Assembly (NCBI RefSeq): GCF_902459465.1
Contig: NC_047082.1
Location: 8,122,001 to 8,186,000, forward strand
DNA length: 64,000 bases
Reading direction: 5' to 3'
Source of the DNA: Asterias rubens
Lineage: Eukaryota
Below are positions 11,508 through 21,804 of the stretch, one piece after another (the first letter of the stretch is position 1; each line of letters opens with the position of its first letter). The position numbers and the translations under genes are program-made. Below the pieces are notes generated by a model. The model was not told where the DNA came from. It ran no database searches and worked only from the letters and a program-made list of their open reading frames with translations.

Positions 11508-11984
11508 GGTCAAAGGGTCAAGATCTCAAACTTAACCCTTTAAAAGGTGAAAGCTCTCGAAGTACACATCTAAACTCAGGAAGTCATCTGGCTGGTCAAC
11601 AATAAGTCTTGTACCATAGCTTCATAACATGCTACCACAATTTAAAATGTGTTTATGGGTTTAGAGAACAGAGGCGTCAGACCAGTCAATTACAAAATTA
11701 TTTATGAAGATACACTTCCGGGGTTATGATGATCGAGATCGTACACCACTGGGAAGGAGGTTGCAGAGCATAAAGTCAGCTGAGGTCGTAAATTAGAAGT
11801 TTGGTATCGCGGCTTCAAAGCATGGCAATACAATTGTGTTAAAGATTTAAAGACCAGAAGCACCAGACGAGTCAAGTGCCAGTGGTCAATCTTTAGTGAC
11901 TTGAGAAACACTATTGAAATTGTTCTGTAAATATGGTTATATGGTAAATCAATTTGATCGCAGTTGGCATTGGTGTTACATTTT

Positions 11985-12335
11985 GGGGTAAACTTCTGTA
12001 AACACAATGTCCACAGATATACATTAAACTTACACCGTTTGAAGATAATGATAGTAGAATACGTACCTCAAAATATTAGATGCTGAGGTGCTGTAGTTTT
12101 TGAGAAATTAGTAAAACAATGTCATGAAAATACGTTTTTACATGCTTAAATAATTTTCGTCTCATGATCAGTGAGACGAAAATGATTTTCATGACATTGT
12201 TTTACTTACTCAAAAAGTACAGCACCTCAGCAAGTAATATTTTCAGGGAAGCTTTCTACTATCATTATCTTCAAACTATGTAAGTTTGGTGTAGATCTGT
12301 GGACATTGTGTTTTTTGTCAGATCCTTAGTAATTT
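11985..12335. mobile_element. K2 MITE copy with eroded ends, between the ARFRP1 and paralog B 3' ends
   Basis: AACACAATGTCCACAGAT ... ATCTGTGGACATTGTGTT inverted arms and K2 interior. Confidence 0.75.
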
Positions 12336-12416
12336 AAATTGCAAATTTTACATTAGAGAAGGAATGATATGATGGCTGTGTGCTATACCTGTATTATTTA
12401 TACCAGGGTATAGCCT

Positions 12417-12592
12417 CAGGCCTGATACTTCCTGGAGGCAACGAAGGCGATTGCCTCCATGCCCCCAGGTCATTGCCTTGGTGCCCTAAAAATTCTCCAG
12501 TAGAATTTTACAATTTCCTCATAGGGTGCCTATTAGAGAGGAGAAAATGCCTTGGTGCCCTAGCCCTTTCAATAACGAAGCATACAGGCCTG
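12417..12592. mobile_element. Unclassified 175-190 bp dispersed repeat bounded by CAGGCCTG
   Basis: CAGGCCTG..GGAGGCAACGAAGGCGATTGCCTCC..TTGGTGCCCT..CATAGGGTGCC..AACGAAGCATACAGGCCTG. Copies at 44007-44194, about 58144-58341 (rc), 29065-29192 (rc), 37318-37470 (rc), 31875-31990 and 4975-5105. Confidence 0.75.
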
Positions 12593-12615
12593 TAACCACA
12601 TGATCACAGGGTGCA

Positions 12616-15600
12616 CTATTCAGCTGTTGACTGACCATGTTTGTTAAACATCGTCAAGTAAAACTTGTATCCATCTGTAGTGTCCCTGAAGACGAACAAT
12701 CCACTGTAAACAAACCAAATAAATAAATAGCTTTTAGGCAAATGTATTAAGTTATAGTCGGCACTTTCTCTGTTTGTTTTTATCTGTCTCTTCAGGGTGC
12801 GGGCTACAATAAACTTTTTCCCCCAGGGGCAGTTGCCACCTACTTCTGGGTCGAAAAGGGGCTGATACCCCCTTTACAGTCCATACGGTGTGAGTGTCAA
12901 AATATATTAACACGATTAAAAGTGTTGCCAACATTCGGTCAACCAGCGCGGCTAATATGTATCAACAATAGGAATGTCTATTGCATAAAAAAACGAGATA
13001 ATACCAATTTATACAAAGGGCGAGTACACAAGAGTTCACGCCAGAATTCGATTTAGAAAGACGGCAAGCTTACCTTCCATCCATAACATTTTCATCCAAT
13101 TCGTTGTAAAAATCAAAATGGAGACTGATGAACACATACTCTGCATCTTTGTCCATGGGCTGAATCTCTTTATAAGTATTCTCGACACGAGTTACTCCCT
13201 CAAATATGAGGTGAAAAACCATGTTTTCCCCTGCCGTAGATTTACAAAGTACATACATAAAAGATAATAAATTTGCATTGATGGGGATAAAGAACATTAC
13301 TTATGGTTTGACCCATACACCGATGTGTGTTAGCACTGTGTACCCAGTTGGTAAGACACTCTCTAAGACACTCTCTAAGTGCAAGGGTCGTGGGTTCGAA
13401 TCTCACCCGAGAAACATGTCTGTGATATTTTTTTTTCACAGGACTCGGGGGGAAAGTGCTGAGTATACAGTGCTAACACACATCGGTGTATGGGTAAAAA
13501 ACAAATATAGTTACCAACATATCTTATGTTTAAAACAAAAATATTTTTCACCGAGCTTGGGAAAAATACTGAGTAGGTGTTTTACAGTGCTAACACACAT
13601 CGGTCTGTATTATGGGTCAAACGAATAGTATTGTTCTTTTCCCCCCGTAGTGACGCACCTTTTTTTGGCAATAATATTGGACAACCATTAGGCCTAGCCT
13701 ACTGAGCCAATTCTGGGCCAAATATTGCAATGGTGGCATGCCACAATGGCCCAATACAGAAGTGCCAGCAACGGCATGAACGTTATTGGGCCCGTGAGGT
13801 GTGGCAACTGTACTGGGCCGCTTAAAATTAGTGTGTATTCTCAGTGACGCTGCCAACATCTGGTCAGCCAAAATAGAAGAAAGAAAAAATAACCTCTGTA
13901 CGGTTCTGTTAACTAATGCGATGGGGAGTGTGGCAATCGCACTAGGATAAAATAAGAAAAAAGATTATTCAATAAAAATAAAAAAAGGATATTAAATAAA
14001 TTAAACTAATTAGTTACTTTGCAATAAATAAAATATACACTAATAAAGTGTATTTGTCCATGATATATAAAAAATAAAATAAAAACTAAGAAAACATCAG
14101 TAATAAATAAATTAATTAAAAACAAAACTCTTAAAATGCATGAAATAACAATTAATTAATAGGCTAATAAGTTGTCGGTTTTCTCAAAATGCCGGTACCG
14201 TCAGTTTCAATTATTTGCATCCGGCCTAATTCATTTTCTGGGCCAATAGGCCTTCTGTTTTTTTTATTATTTTAGCGGCACACCATTTTGGCAAAATGGA
14301 ATAGAAAACCTTCTCTGGGCCAATACCGGTTTTGTAGCGGCGCACCATTGGGCCGGCACTGAACCGATGGTCATAATATGCAAATTTCAAGGGAGGGTGT
14401 CAGCAGTGTCAAGTTAAGATATGGCTTAAGATTGCGACACATTTTTAGAACTGAACAAGTAGCGTAATTTGTTTGGATCTTTTTGCTATTAATTGTTACT
14501 CCCCAAAAATGTGTAGGTTTGCTTTTTGACGAGCTTTTTTGATATGTTTTGATTACAATGATGTGGCCAATTGGGCCAATAGTGAAATACTGTAATGGCC
14601 CAACACAGAAGTTATTGACCCATCATCGATGCGGCATGAATGTTATTGACCCATCATCGATGCGGCATGATTGTTATTGACCCATCATCGATGCGGCATG
14701 AATGTTATTGACCCATCATCGATGCGGCATGAATGTTATTGACCCATCATCGATGCGGCATGAATGTTATTGACCCATCATCGATGCGGCATGAATGTTA
14801 TTGACCCATCATCGATGCGGCATGAATTTTATTGACCCATCATCGATGCGGCATGAATGTTATTGACCCATCATCGATGCGGCATGAATGTTATTGACCC
14901 ATCATCGATGCGGCATGAATGTTATTGACCCATCATCGATGCGGCATGAATGTTATTGACCCATCATCGATGCGGCATGAATGTTATTGACCCATCATCG
15001 ATGCGGCATGAATGTTATTGGGCCTGTACTGGGTGAGTTATGTCAATTGTACTTAGCCAACCCTTATATGGACCGATACACCACACATCTTTAGGTCTTT
15101 ATTCGCCAGTAACGGGGCCAATACGTTTGATGGGTTGCACTATTTGCAAAGGTCATGGGTTCGAATCCCGACCGACTGTAAAATGCATTCTGAAAGAGTC
15201 TAGTAGGCCTATATTGCTAACATCAGTGTTGGGTAAAACCGCTATTGAAGTTTTGCCTGATATAGGCATAACCATATATTAAACTCGCTAACATGAATTG
15301 TAATATTACTTGTTGATATAACCTAGACATTCAGTAAATCGAAATCGTACATCCGGATCTCTGACTTGCAATTTTGTTTTTCAAAATTGGTCAATATTAG
15401 ACTAGGGATAATTTCAGACGGGGTATATGTTGTAAATTTTTACAAACCATGCTACAATTTAGCAGGGGACCCTTGTGAAATTGCTCTTGTGTGAATGGGC
15501 CTACCTTGTTCTGCAGAAATAGGTGGCAAACCGTCTATTAGTAACTGACCATCCGGATGAACTACGGCCGATAAGGCATCCATGTCACCCTTGTAACTCG

Positions 15601-16277
15601 CCTGAAGAAATCGGTCAAAAACGGACACGATCTTTTCTGAAATGCCAACAAATTAATGATGTCTGTAACATTGTTCATCACATTATTAGGTGGAAATTTG
15701 AATAAACAAACAGGGAGACCGCCATCATAGGGCTTGTGGTTAATCCAGACTCTCGTTGGTTCAAATCTCGCTCTGGTCGATGTTTCTTTATTCAAATCTA
15801 AATAATAAAAAAAATCAATACTATACAAAACAAACAAAAATAAACGGCTGAACAAATAGTTTGACAATTAGCAAGAAGATGTCATGTAAAATACATTGTT
15901 AAAACGTAATGTCGAATTCAAACTCTGGTGTTTCTGATCAGCAGAGTGTGGGTTCGAATCCCCAGCCGTGACACTTGTGTTCTTAACTATTGCTTCGTCC
16001 TTCGGATGGGACGTAAAGCCGTTGGTCCCATGTGTTGTGTAACGCATGTTAAAGAACCCAGTGCACTTTTCGAAAAGAGAAGGGGTTCGCCCGGGTGTTC
16101 CTGGCTGTGGCTGCTGTATATGCGCCGTAGCACCTTGTAAACCATTATAAGGTCCTAAATAAATGGGTCTCAAAATTCATCACTGCAATTACATATCTTT
16201 CTGAAAGTTTGTATTATACTCAGCGCCTTGAGTACCTTGTTTGGTAGATACGTGCGCTGTATAAGACTTCGATATTC

Positions 16278-16343
<66 letters not shown>

Positions 16344-16584
16344 GATCGGCATCAGTTTGCAAAAAAAATCTACACTTTCATCAATAGAGTGACGTCATAG
16401 AAATAGTTAAAAATTCTACGTGTCCTTAATGTATACAAACGATAAGACTCCTCAACTGCAGTGAGTACTCGTATTCACCTCGAAGATCACTTGCTCGTTC
16501 CCTCTGATATTCAGCTGCATCTCCACTTGATTCACATTTCACACCAAGCAACAGAAGCATGGGCACGAGGTTGACGAGAATCAT
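12616..16584 (-). CDS. NTF2/SnoaL-like (DUF4440-type) secreted protein, paralog B, 160 aa, intact
   Basis: Exons 16584-16479 (MILVNLVPMLLLLGVKCESSGDAAEYQRERASDLR), 15636-15505 (KIVSVFDRFLQASYKGDMDALSAVVHPDGQLLIDGLPPISAEQ), 13230-13074 (...ENTYKEIQPMDKDAEYVFISLHFDFYNELDENVMDG), 12703-12616 (GLFVFRDTTDGYKFYLTMFNKHGQSTAE*). All GT-AG and in phase. Internal exons are 132 and 157 nt, the same as paralog A. Confidence 0.88.
13330..13620 (+). mobile_element. tRNA-headed SINE, second family; related copy at about 3445-3600
   Basis: CCCAGTTGGTAAG..GTGGGTTCGAATCTCACC (A/B boxes), then GTGCTGAGTATACAGTGCTAACACACATCGGTGTATGGGTAAAA, with the tail partly duplicated at 13580-13615. Confidence 0.7.
14611..15020. 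repeat. 31-bp minisatellite, 13 near-identical units, in paralog B intron 2
   Basis: Unit GTTATTGACCCATCATCGATGCGGCATGAAT; I saw only two single-base variants (units 2 and 8). Confidence 0.97.
15910..16343 (+). mobile_element. tRNA-derived SINE with Deu/Nin-like central domain and (TTA)n tail
   Basis: B-box GGTTCGAATCC at about 15950. Centre CGGATGGGACGTAAAGCCGTTGGTCCC..AAGAACCCAGTGCACTTTTCGAAAAGAGAAGGGGTTCGCCCGGGTGTTCCTGG. Tail of about 22 TTA units at 16278-16343. Confidence 0.8.
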
Positions 16585-17495
16585 GTTGTTCTTGTAGCGT
16601 GCTTTTGATCGTGTTGTAGAAAACGATTGTTTTGGATTCATCTGTGAATGTGACTGCACGTGCATCGGTTTTCTAGCGTAAGACGGACAGTGACATTGGT
16701 ATCTCCTCCTAATATTTACTTGCATCACGTCATGTGATCCGTGACGTCACACGGTTACGAAAATCCATGGGAGCCTGGACTTTAAAATGAGCTTTTTAAA
16801 TGAGCTTTTTATTGCCCATCATCTTGAATTTGTTCATTAGGATTTGTTATGATGGACTTGGATTTAAAGTACAAATCTCCCAATTAACTGATCATAATTG
16901 TAGCAATCTATATAATTATTTTTTAATCTTTTGAGCTGCGCACAATATTTGAAACATTTTACATCACTTCGTATCTTGGTGGAAAGACGGTGTTCTGGGA
17001 GCACGACAAAGTGCAGAGTCGGAGGCACTCGTCGGAGAGGTGGCTCGTGGGGGCCAGCGGCGCTCCGTCCCCCACGAGCGTTACGTGAAGACCCGGTCCG
17101 TTATTAAAGTACGGCCGAGGAGGGCTGCGGGGCTCTCGCCCGGCTGCAGTGGGGGCCCTCTGTGAACAACTTTTATTTGAAAAAGAAAAGAACAAGAAGA
17201 AGGAGACCCTAACCACTACACCTATACCCTAACACTATCAAGACAGATTAATGTTATTCTTAGTAACTATGTTTTTATAATACAGGTTCAATTATAATGT
17301 ATACGACACTTAATCACAGTTATTTGTATAAGAAATGAATGTGTCACGTAAAGTTGAACATCGCAATCTTAGGTACATCGTGGGAACTCAACATCTTAAG
17401 TCGAAACCCTTTCAGAAAGAATCAATAAGTTCTTACACATGACCCAAGTCTTATATAAATTGGGAATTTTCTTTTTAAATGACAGCAGTCTGTAT

Positions 17496-17760
17496 TTAAA
17501 GGCAGTGGACAGTATTGGTAACTACTCAAAATAATTATTGGCATACAATTTGATTTCGAGACCTCAAGTTTAGGTCTCGAAATCAACCATCTAAACGCAC
17601 ACAACTTCGTGTGACAATGGTGTTTTTTTCTTTCATTGTTATCTCGCAAGTTTGACGACCAATTGAGCTCAAATTTTCACAGGTTTGTTATTTGATGCAC
17701 ATGTTGAGATACACCAAGTGAGAAGACTGGTCTTTGACAATTACCAATAGTGTCCAGTGT
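17496..17760. mobile_element. Internally deleted K1 MITE
   Basis: TTAAAGGCAGTGGACAGTATTGGTA ... TTACCAATAGTGTCCAG. Further K1 fragments at about 4148-4235, 23845-24150, 25840-25935, 27590-27770, 32870-33110, 43547-43790 and 44640-44760. Confidence 0.8.
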
Positions 17761-17957
17761 GTCATAACCAAGGTCTGAGTAAAAGTCTGAAATGTCTAAA
17801 AGCACATGATTCTATGGGGCGTCTGCAGCGGTAAAGCAGCCCCCCCCCAAAAAAAAAATACCAAAATTTGGACCTCCCTATTCTGCATGGGTTCTTTGGT
17901 CAGGATACACTATTGGTAATTCCTAACTTCTTATTGGAAATTCGGGTCCTTGCACTT

Positions 17958-18112
17958 CCGCACTTCCGCCCCAGTACGTCTACACGTAGGAGGGTTGGTG
18001 TGCATGTGCACAGCTCAGTACATCCAGTGGATGCATCTCATGCTACGTGTCGAGCAGCAAACTGTACAGACCTAAGCTTTCTTCCCCCACGTGTATAGAT
18101 AGGTATAGCATG
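17958..18112 (+). promoter_or_regulatory. Probable promoter and non-coding exon 1 of the zinc-finger gene
   Basis: Tandem CACTTCCG ETS/GABP-type motifs at about 17952-17968 and a strong donor ATG|GTAAGT at 18112/18113. Confidence 0.5.
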
Positions 18113-18214
18113 GTAAGTGGTGTTTATTTTCAAGTTACATTCACTTCTTTGGTCTAAGTTATATACTGACGATTTTTAAAAACCTAACTTCTGCATGCTG
18201 GGTGGTCTGGTGTA

Positions 18215-18254
18215 AACTTTAGTCATGGAGCAATATTGCTCCATGACTAAAGTT
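18215..18254. repeat. Perfect 40-bp palindrome
   Basis: AACTTTAGTCATGGAGCAAT|ATTGCTCCATGACTAAAGTT. Confidence 0.95.
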
Positions 18255-18524
18255 AGTTTGCCCTGTGTGTACATATTGTTTATGCAACGTGTCTCGTTCA
18301 TATCCTTGCTATATGTTCATATAAAAAGTCTGTAAGCATGGGTTGTTTTGTGTGAAGGTTCAAGCATGGAGGTAGACTACCTCCATGGTTCAAGGTGGGT
18401 TACAGATCCAAGGGTAGAATGGCGTGTGTATGGGGCGCCAATAGGACGTAAAACGGGCATGCACACGATCGGCCGGCCTTTCAAGAGGGTCTGTGTATGC
18501 TTAGTGATAAGGAATAAACGATTA

Positions 18525-18790
18525 AGTCGAAGGAGTGTGGGTTCGAATCCCGGTTGAGACAAGTGTGTCCTCGAGCAGGATGGGTACCTCCAATGGTAGA
18601 TGTTGATATCGTGTTTAAAAAAGCAGTTGGAGCGCCATGGCAGCCCTGGGCTGTATACTCCCCATAGAGCTGAGAAAGATTAAATGAATTATAATTATTG
18701 GCCCTACGACCAGGGCACTAATGTAAAGCACATTGATACTGTTAATGTAAAATGCACCGTATGAGAATTAGTTATTATTATGATTATTGT
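18525..18790 (+). mobile_element. tRNA-headed SINE in the zinc-finger gene intron
   Basis: GTGTGGGTTCGAATCCCGG..GACAAGTGTGTCCTCGAGCAGG head; (TTA)-like tail at about 18770-18790. Confidence 0.6.
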
Positions 18791-19060
18791 GGAAAATAAA
18801 TAATAAAAATACATAAATGCATAAGTAAACAGACAAATAAAAACCATTAACAAATATAAATAAATCAATAAACAAAACACACAATTACCAACGGTGGCCA
18901 GTGCCTTCGTTGATGTATTTTATTGAACCTAACAACCAACTAAAGAGAAACGTGATGTGTTATTTTTCAGACAATTATCTGAAACTCGACAAGAACCTCT
19001 CCAAGCTATATCTCATCCAAGTTCTGACGACTCGTCTCTTAGTTCCTAGAAGTGCAAACA

Positions 19061-20728
19061 ATGGGAAAAACAAATGAGAGGTTGTTTGAATGTGATATCT
19101 GTGGGAAAGCATTCAAGAGACGAGATCACTTGAAGGTGCATACCACAGTGCACAGAAAGAATAAACCCTTCAAATGCACCTCTTGTGGCAAATCCTTTGG
19201 ACAGTCGGCCCATCTAGTAGATCACAAGTCGGTTCACACTAAGGATAAACCGTTTGCATGTGACTTATGTGGGCAGACTTTCGGTCACAACAGTAGCAGA
19301 AGAAGGCACCGAAAAATACATACAAATGAAAGACCTTACACTTGTGACAAGTGTGGGGTCTCCTTCGCGCGCAAAGGCGGTCTCAAAAATCACACAAGAA
19401 CTCATACTAAAGAGAGGCCTTACTCATGTGAAACGTGCGGTAAAACTTTCGCCCAAAGAAGCACCATAAGCCAGCATCGTTTGATTCACACGAAGGAGCG
19501 CCATTTTGTTTGTAGCCACTGCGGCAAAGCTTTCCCAGACAACGGGGCTTTAAAACGCCACGTCCAGATCCATACCAATGAAAAACCATTTTCCTGTAGC
19601 GTTTGTAAGAACTCATACGCACGAAAATATCAGCTGAAAAATCACATGAGAACGCACACCAATGAGAGACCATTCATGTGTGACGAATGTGGGAAGTCCT
19701 TTTCTCGCTTAAGCTCTTATAGAGTTCACCAGTTAACCCATAGTAAGGAGAACCTGTTCAAATGCGATCAATGTGAGAAGTCCTTTACACATAAAAGTTA
19801 CCTCAAGAAGCACACCATGCGGATCCACTCAGGCGAGAAGCCATACCAGTGTGACGTCTGTAACAAGTTCTTCTCGGTCTTGAACGATCTAGCGAGTCAT
19901 CGGAAGATTCATACTGGTATAAGACCATTTGGATGTAGTTTGTGCGAGAAATTTTTCCCGCGTAGAAGTGAGCTTCGACTTCATCAGGTTGTCCATACGA
20001 AGGAGAAACGTTTCGGTTGTGAGACCTGCGGAAAATGCTTTGCACAACTCGGACAATCCAAACGCCACCAGCGAATCCACACAAAGGAAAGGCCATTTTC
20101 ATGCGACATCTGCAGCAAAACCTTTGCGCGGAAGTGCACTCTTACCGCACACAAGCGAACCCACACCACTGAGAAACCATTTACATGCGATCTTTGTCAT
20201 AAATCGTTTGTCCACGGACGAAATCTTAGAGTACACGCTAAGGTTCACACGAATGAAAAACCGTTTTCATGTGAAATTTGCGGGAAATCGTTCCTGCAGT
20301 CCAGCTGCCTTAACAGACATCATCAGAGAGTACATGCAGCAGAGAAACCCTTTGCTTGTAAGACTTGCGGCAAGGCTTTCGCCCGGTCACCTGACTTGAC
20401 CAATCACTTACGAATCCATTCCGAGCATAAACCATTTGCATGTGAAGTTTGCAAGAAGGCATTCGTAGATAAGAGCTCTCTGAGGAAACATCGAGGGATT
20501 CACACGGATGAGAAACCTTATTCTTGTGATATCTGCGATAGGCCATTCCTTCTTGAAGGTAATATGAGAAGCCATCGGGCAACTCACTTCGAAGAGAAAC
20601 AATTCCTTTGTGAAATATGTGGGAAGTCATTTAGACGAAACGGATACCTTGGAGAACATCTTCGAATTCACGAAAGGAAGAAGCGTGAAGGCCTATCAAA
20701 AACACCCTTGTCTTCCAAGAGAAAGTAG
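19061..20728 (+). CDS. C2H2 zinc-finger protein, 19 tandem fingers, about 555 aa, no recognisable effector domain
   Basis: Single ORF with 19 CxxC-x12-HxxxH units counted by hand. An in-frame TAG at 19040-19042 lies before ATG 19061. Acceptor TTTTTCAG| at 18970. Confidence 0.95.
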   Translation: MGKTNERLFECDICGKAFKRRDHLKVHTTVHRKNKPFKCTSCGKSFGQSAHLVDHKSVHTKDKPFACDLCGQTFGHNSSRRRHRKIHTNERPYTCDKCGVSFARKGGLKNHTRTHTKERPYSCETCGKTFAQRSTISQHRLIHTKERHFVCSHCGKAFPDNGALKRHVQIHTNEKPFSCSVCKNSYARKYQLKNHMRTHTNERPFMCDECGKSFSRLSSYRVHQLTHSKENLFKCDQCEKSFTHKSYLKKHTMRIHSGEKPYQCDVCNKFFSVLNDLASHRKIHTGIRPFGCSLCEKFFPRRSELRLHQVVHTKEKRFGCETCGKCFAQLGQSKRHQRIHTKERPFSCDICSKTFARKCTLTAHKRTHTTEKPFTCDLCHKSFVHGRNLRVHAKVHTNEKPFSCEICGKSFLQSSCLNRHHQRVHAAEKPFACKTCGKAFARSPDLTNHLRIHSEHKPFACEVCKKAFVDKSSLRKHRGIHTDEKPYSCDICDRPFLLEGNMRSHRATHFEEKQFLCEICGKSFRRNGYLGEHLRIHERKKREGLSKTPLSSKRK

Positions 20729-20934
20729 CATGTCATGGATTCGAATCCCGGTCGATTACTTGTGTCATTGAGTAGTTGTTTTACATCAGTTCTTTTGATG
20801 ACCCTACATCTCCATTACTGAAACAATTGTTATTAAAAAAGGCGTATACCTCCACATACTGTTATTAAGTTGTATAATTATTTGCCCCCTATATTGTATA
20901 TGTACAAATGGTATGAAAATAAACCTAAGACCTG

Positions 20935-21168
20935 AATGTAAGAGTGAAGAGGCACTCTTTGAAGAGCCATATAAAGGACAACTCTTTTTCGAGTGGTCTT
21001 CCGCTCTTTTAGATTTAAGTTTGCATCTTTTTGAGTTATTTTTTACTCTGTCCTAGAGTGAAACCCCTCTAAAAGAGTGAAATAACCACCACTCTTTTTG
21101 AAGAGCCATATGAGGGACAGCTCGAAATGTAAAGAGTGGTGTTTTTCACTCTTTTACATTTAGAGACC
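20935..21168. mobile_element. Small inverted-repeat element, possibly CACTA/EnSpm-like
   Basis: AATGTAAAGAGTG ... CACTCTTTTACATT, with multiple internal AGAGTG/CACTCT and GAAGAGCCATAT repeats. Confidence 0.55.
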
Positions 21169-21422
21169 AACAAACGTGCTGCTTAATTTGATATTATTTA
21201 AAGTTTATCTCAAAGCATTGAAGAAGTTTCTAGCCCTGATGATCTTTGGCCTGCAGAGGTACATTTATTTCCTCTGCTTCAGCCCGATAACGACCTAATG
21301 ATATTTCAGGATGTTTCCAAATGTTCTATCGTTAATATTTTATTTCCTGGTAACGGACATGTGAAGCTTCTTCTCGAGTTGTAAACGTGTGTGTGCACAA
21401 TGTACATGTAACTAGACTTGAC

Positions 21423-21804
21423 TTAAAGGAACACGTTGCCTTGGATCGGTCGAGTTGGTATTTGAAAAGCGTTTGTAACCGTTATAAAATGCATATGATT
21501 TGAAAGACGTTTAAAAGTAGAATACAATGATTCACACAAACATGCCTCGAAATTGCGTGGTTTTCTTTTATCTCGTCGACTAACACGGTCGGCCATTTAT
21601 GGGAGTCAAAATTTTGACTCCCATAAATGGCCGACCGTGTTAGTTCGCAAAGCAAAAGGAAAACCACGCAATGTCAAGGCATTTGTGTGGATCATTGTAT
21701 TCTACTTTAAAAACATCTTTCCAACCATGTGCATTATATAAAAACGGTTACAAACGCTTTTGTTTTGACCAACTCGTCCGATCCAAGGCAACGTGTTCCT
21801 TTAA
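21423..21804. mobile_element. TTAA-flanked foldback MITE, family K4, near-perfect 380-bp palindrome; decayed second copy at about 21830-22213
   Basis: TTAAAGGAACACGTTGCCTTGGATCGG ... CCGATCCAAGGCAACGTGTTCCTTTAA, with central palindrome AACACGGTCGGCCATTTATGGGAGTCAAAA|TTTTGACTCCCATAAATGGCCGACCGTGTT. Confidence 0.9.

Noticed and set aside
14611-15020. CRISPR array (31-bp repeats)
   Set aside because: Units are contiguous with no unique spacers, no cas genes are present, and the array lies in a eukaryotic intron. It is a minisatellite.
15940-15975. tRNA genes at GGTTCGAATCC motifs (also about 3480, 13390, 15155, 18540, 20735)
   Set aside because: I could not fold a complete cloverleaf; each runs into a SINE body or is truncated.
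3803-16584. Bacterial contamination or recent horizontal transfer of SnoaL-like genes
   Set aside because: Both copies have conserved spliceosomal introns and host repeats; any transfer would be ancient and cannot be shown from this window.
17200-17235. Telomerase RNA template (CCCTAAC)
   Set aside because: Only two isolated short motifs, 3' of the structured region, with no visible pseudoknot or H/ACA features.
19254-20630. Overlapping alternative-frame and antisense ORFs within the ZNF
   Set aside because: These are expected shadow ORFs of a long repetitive coding sequence, with no recognisable motifs.
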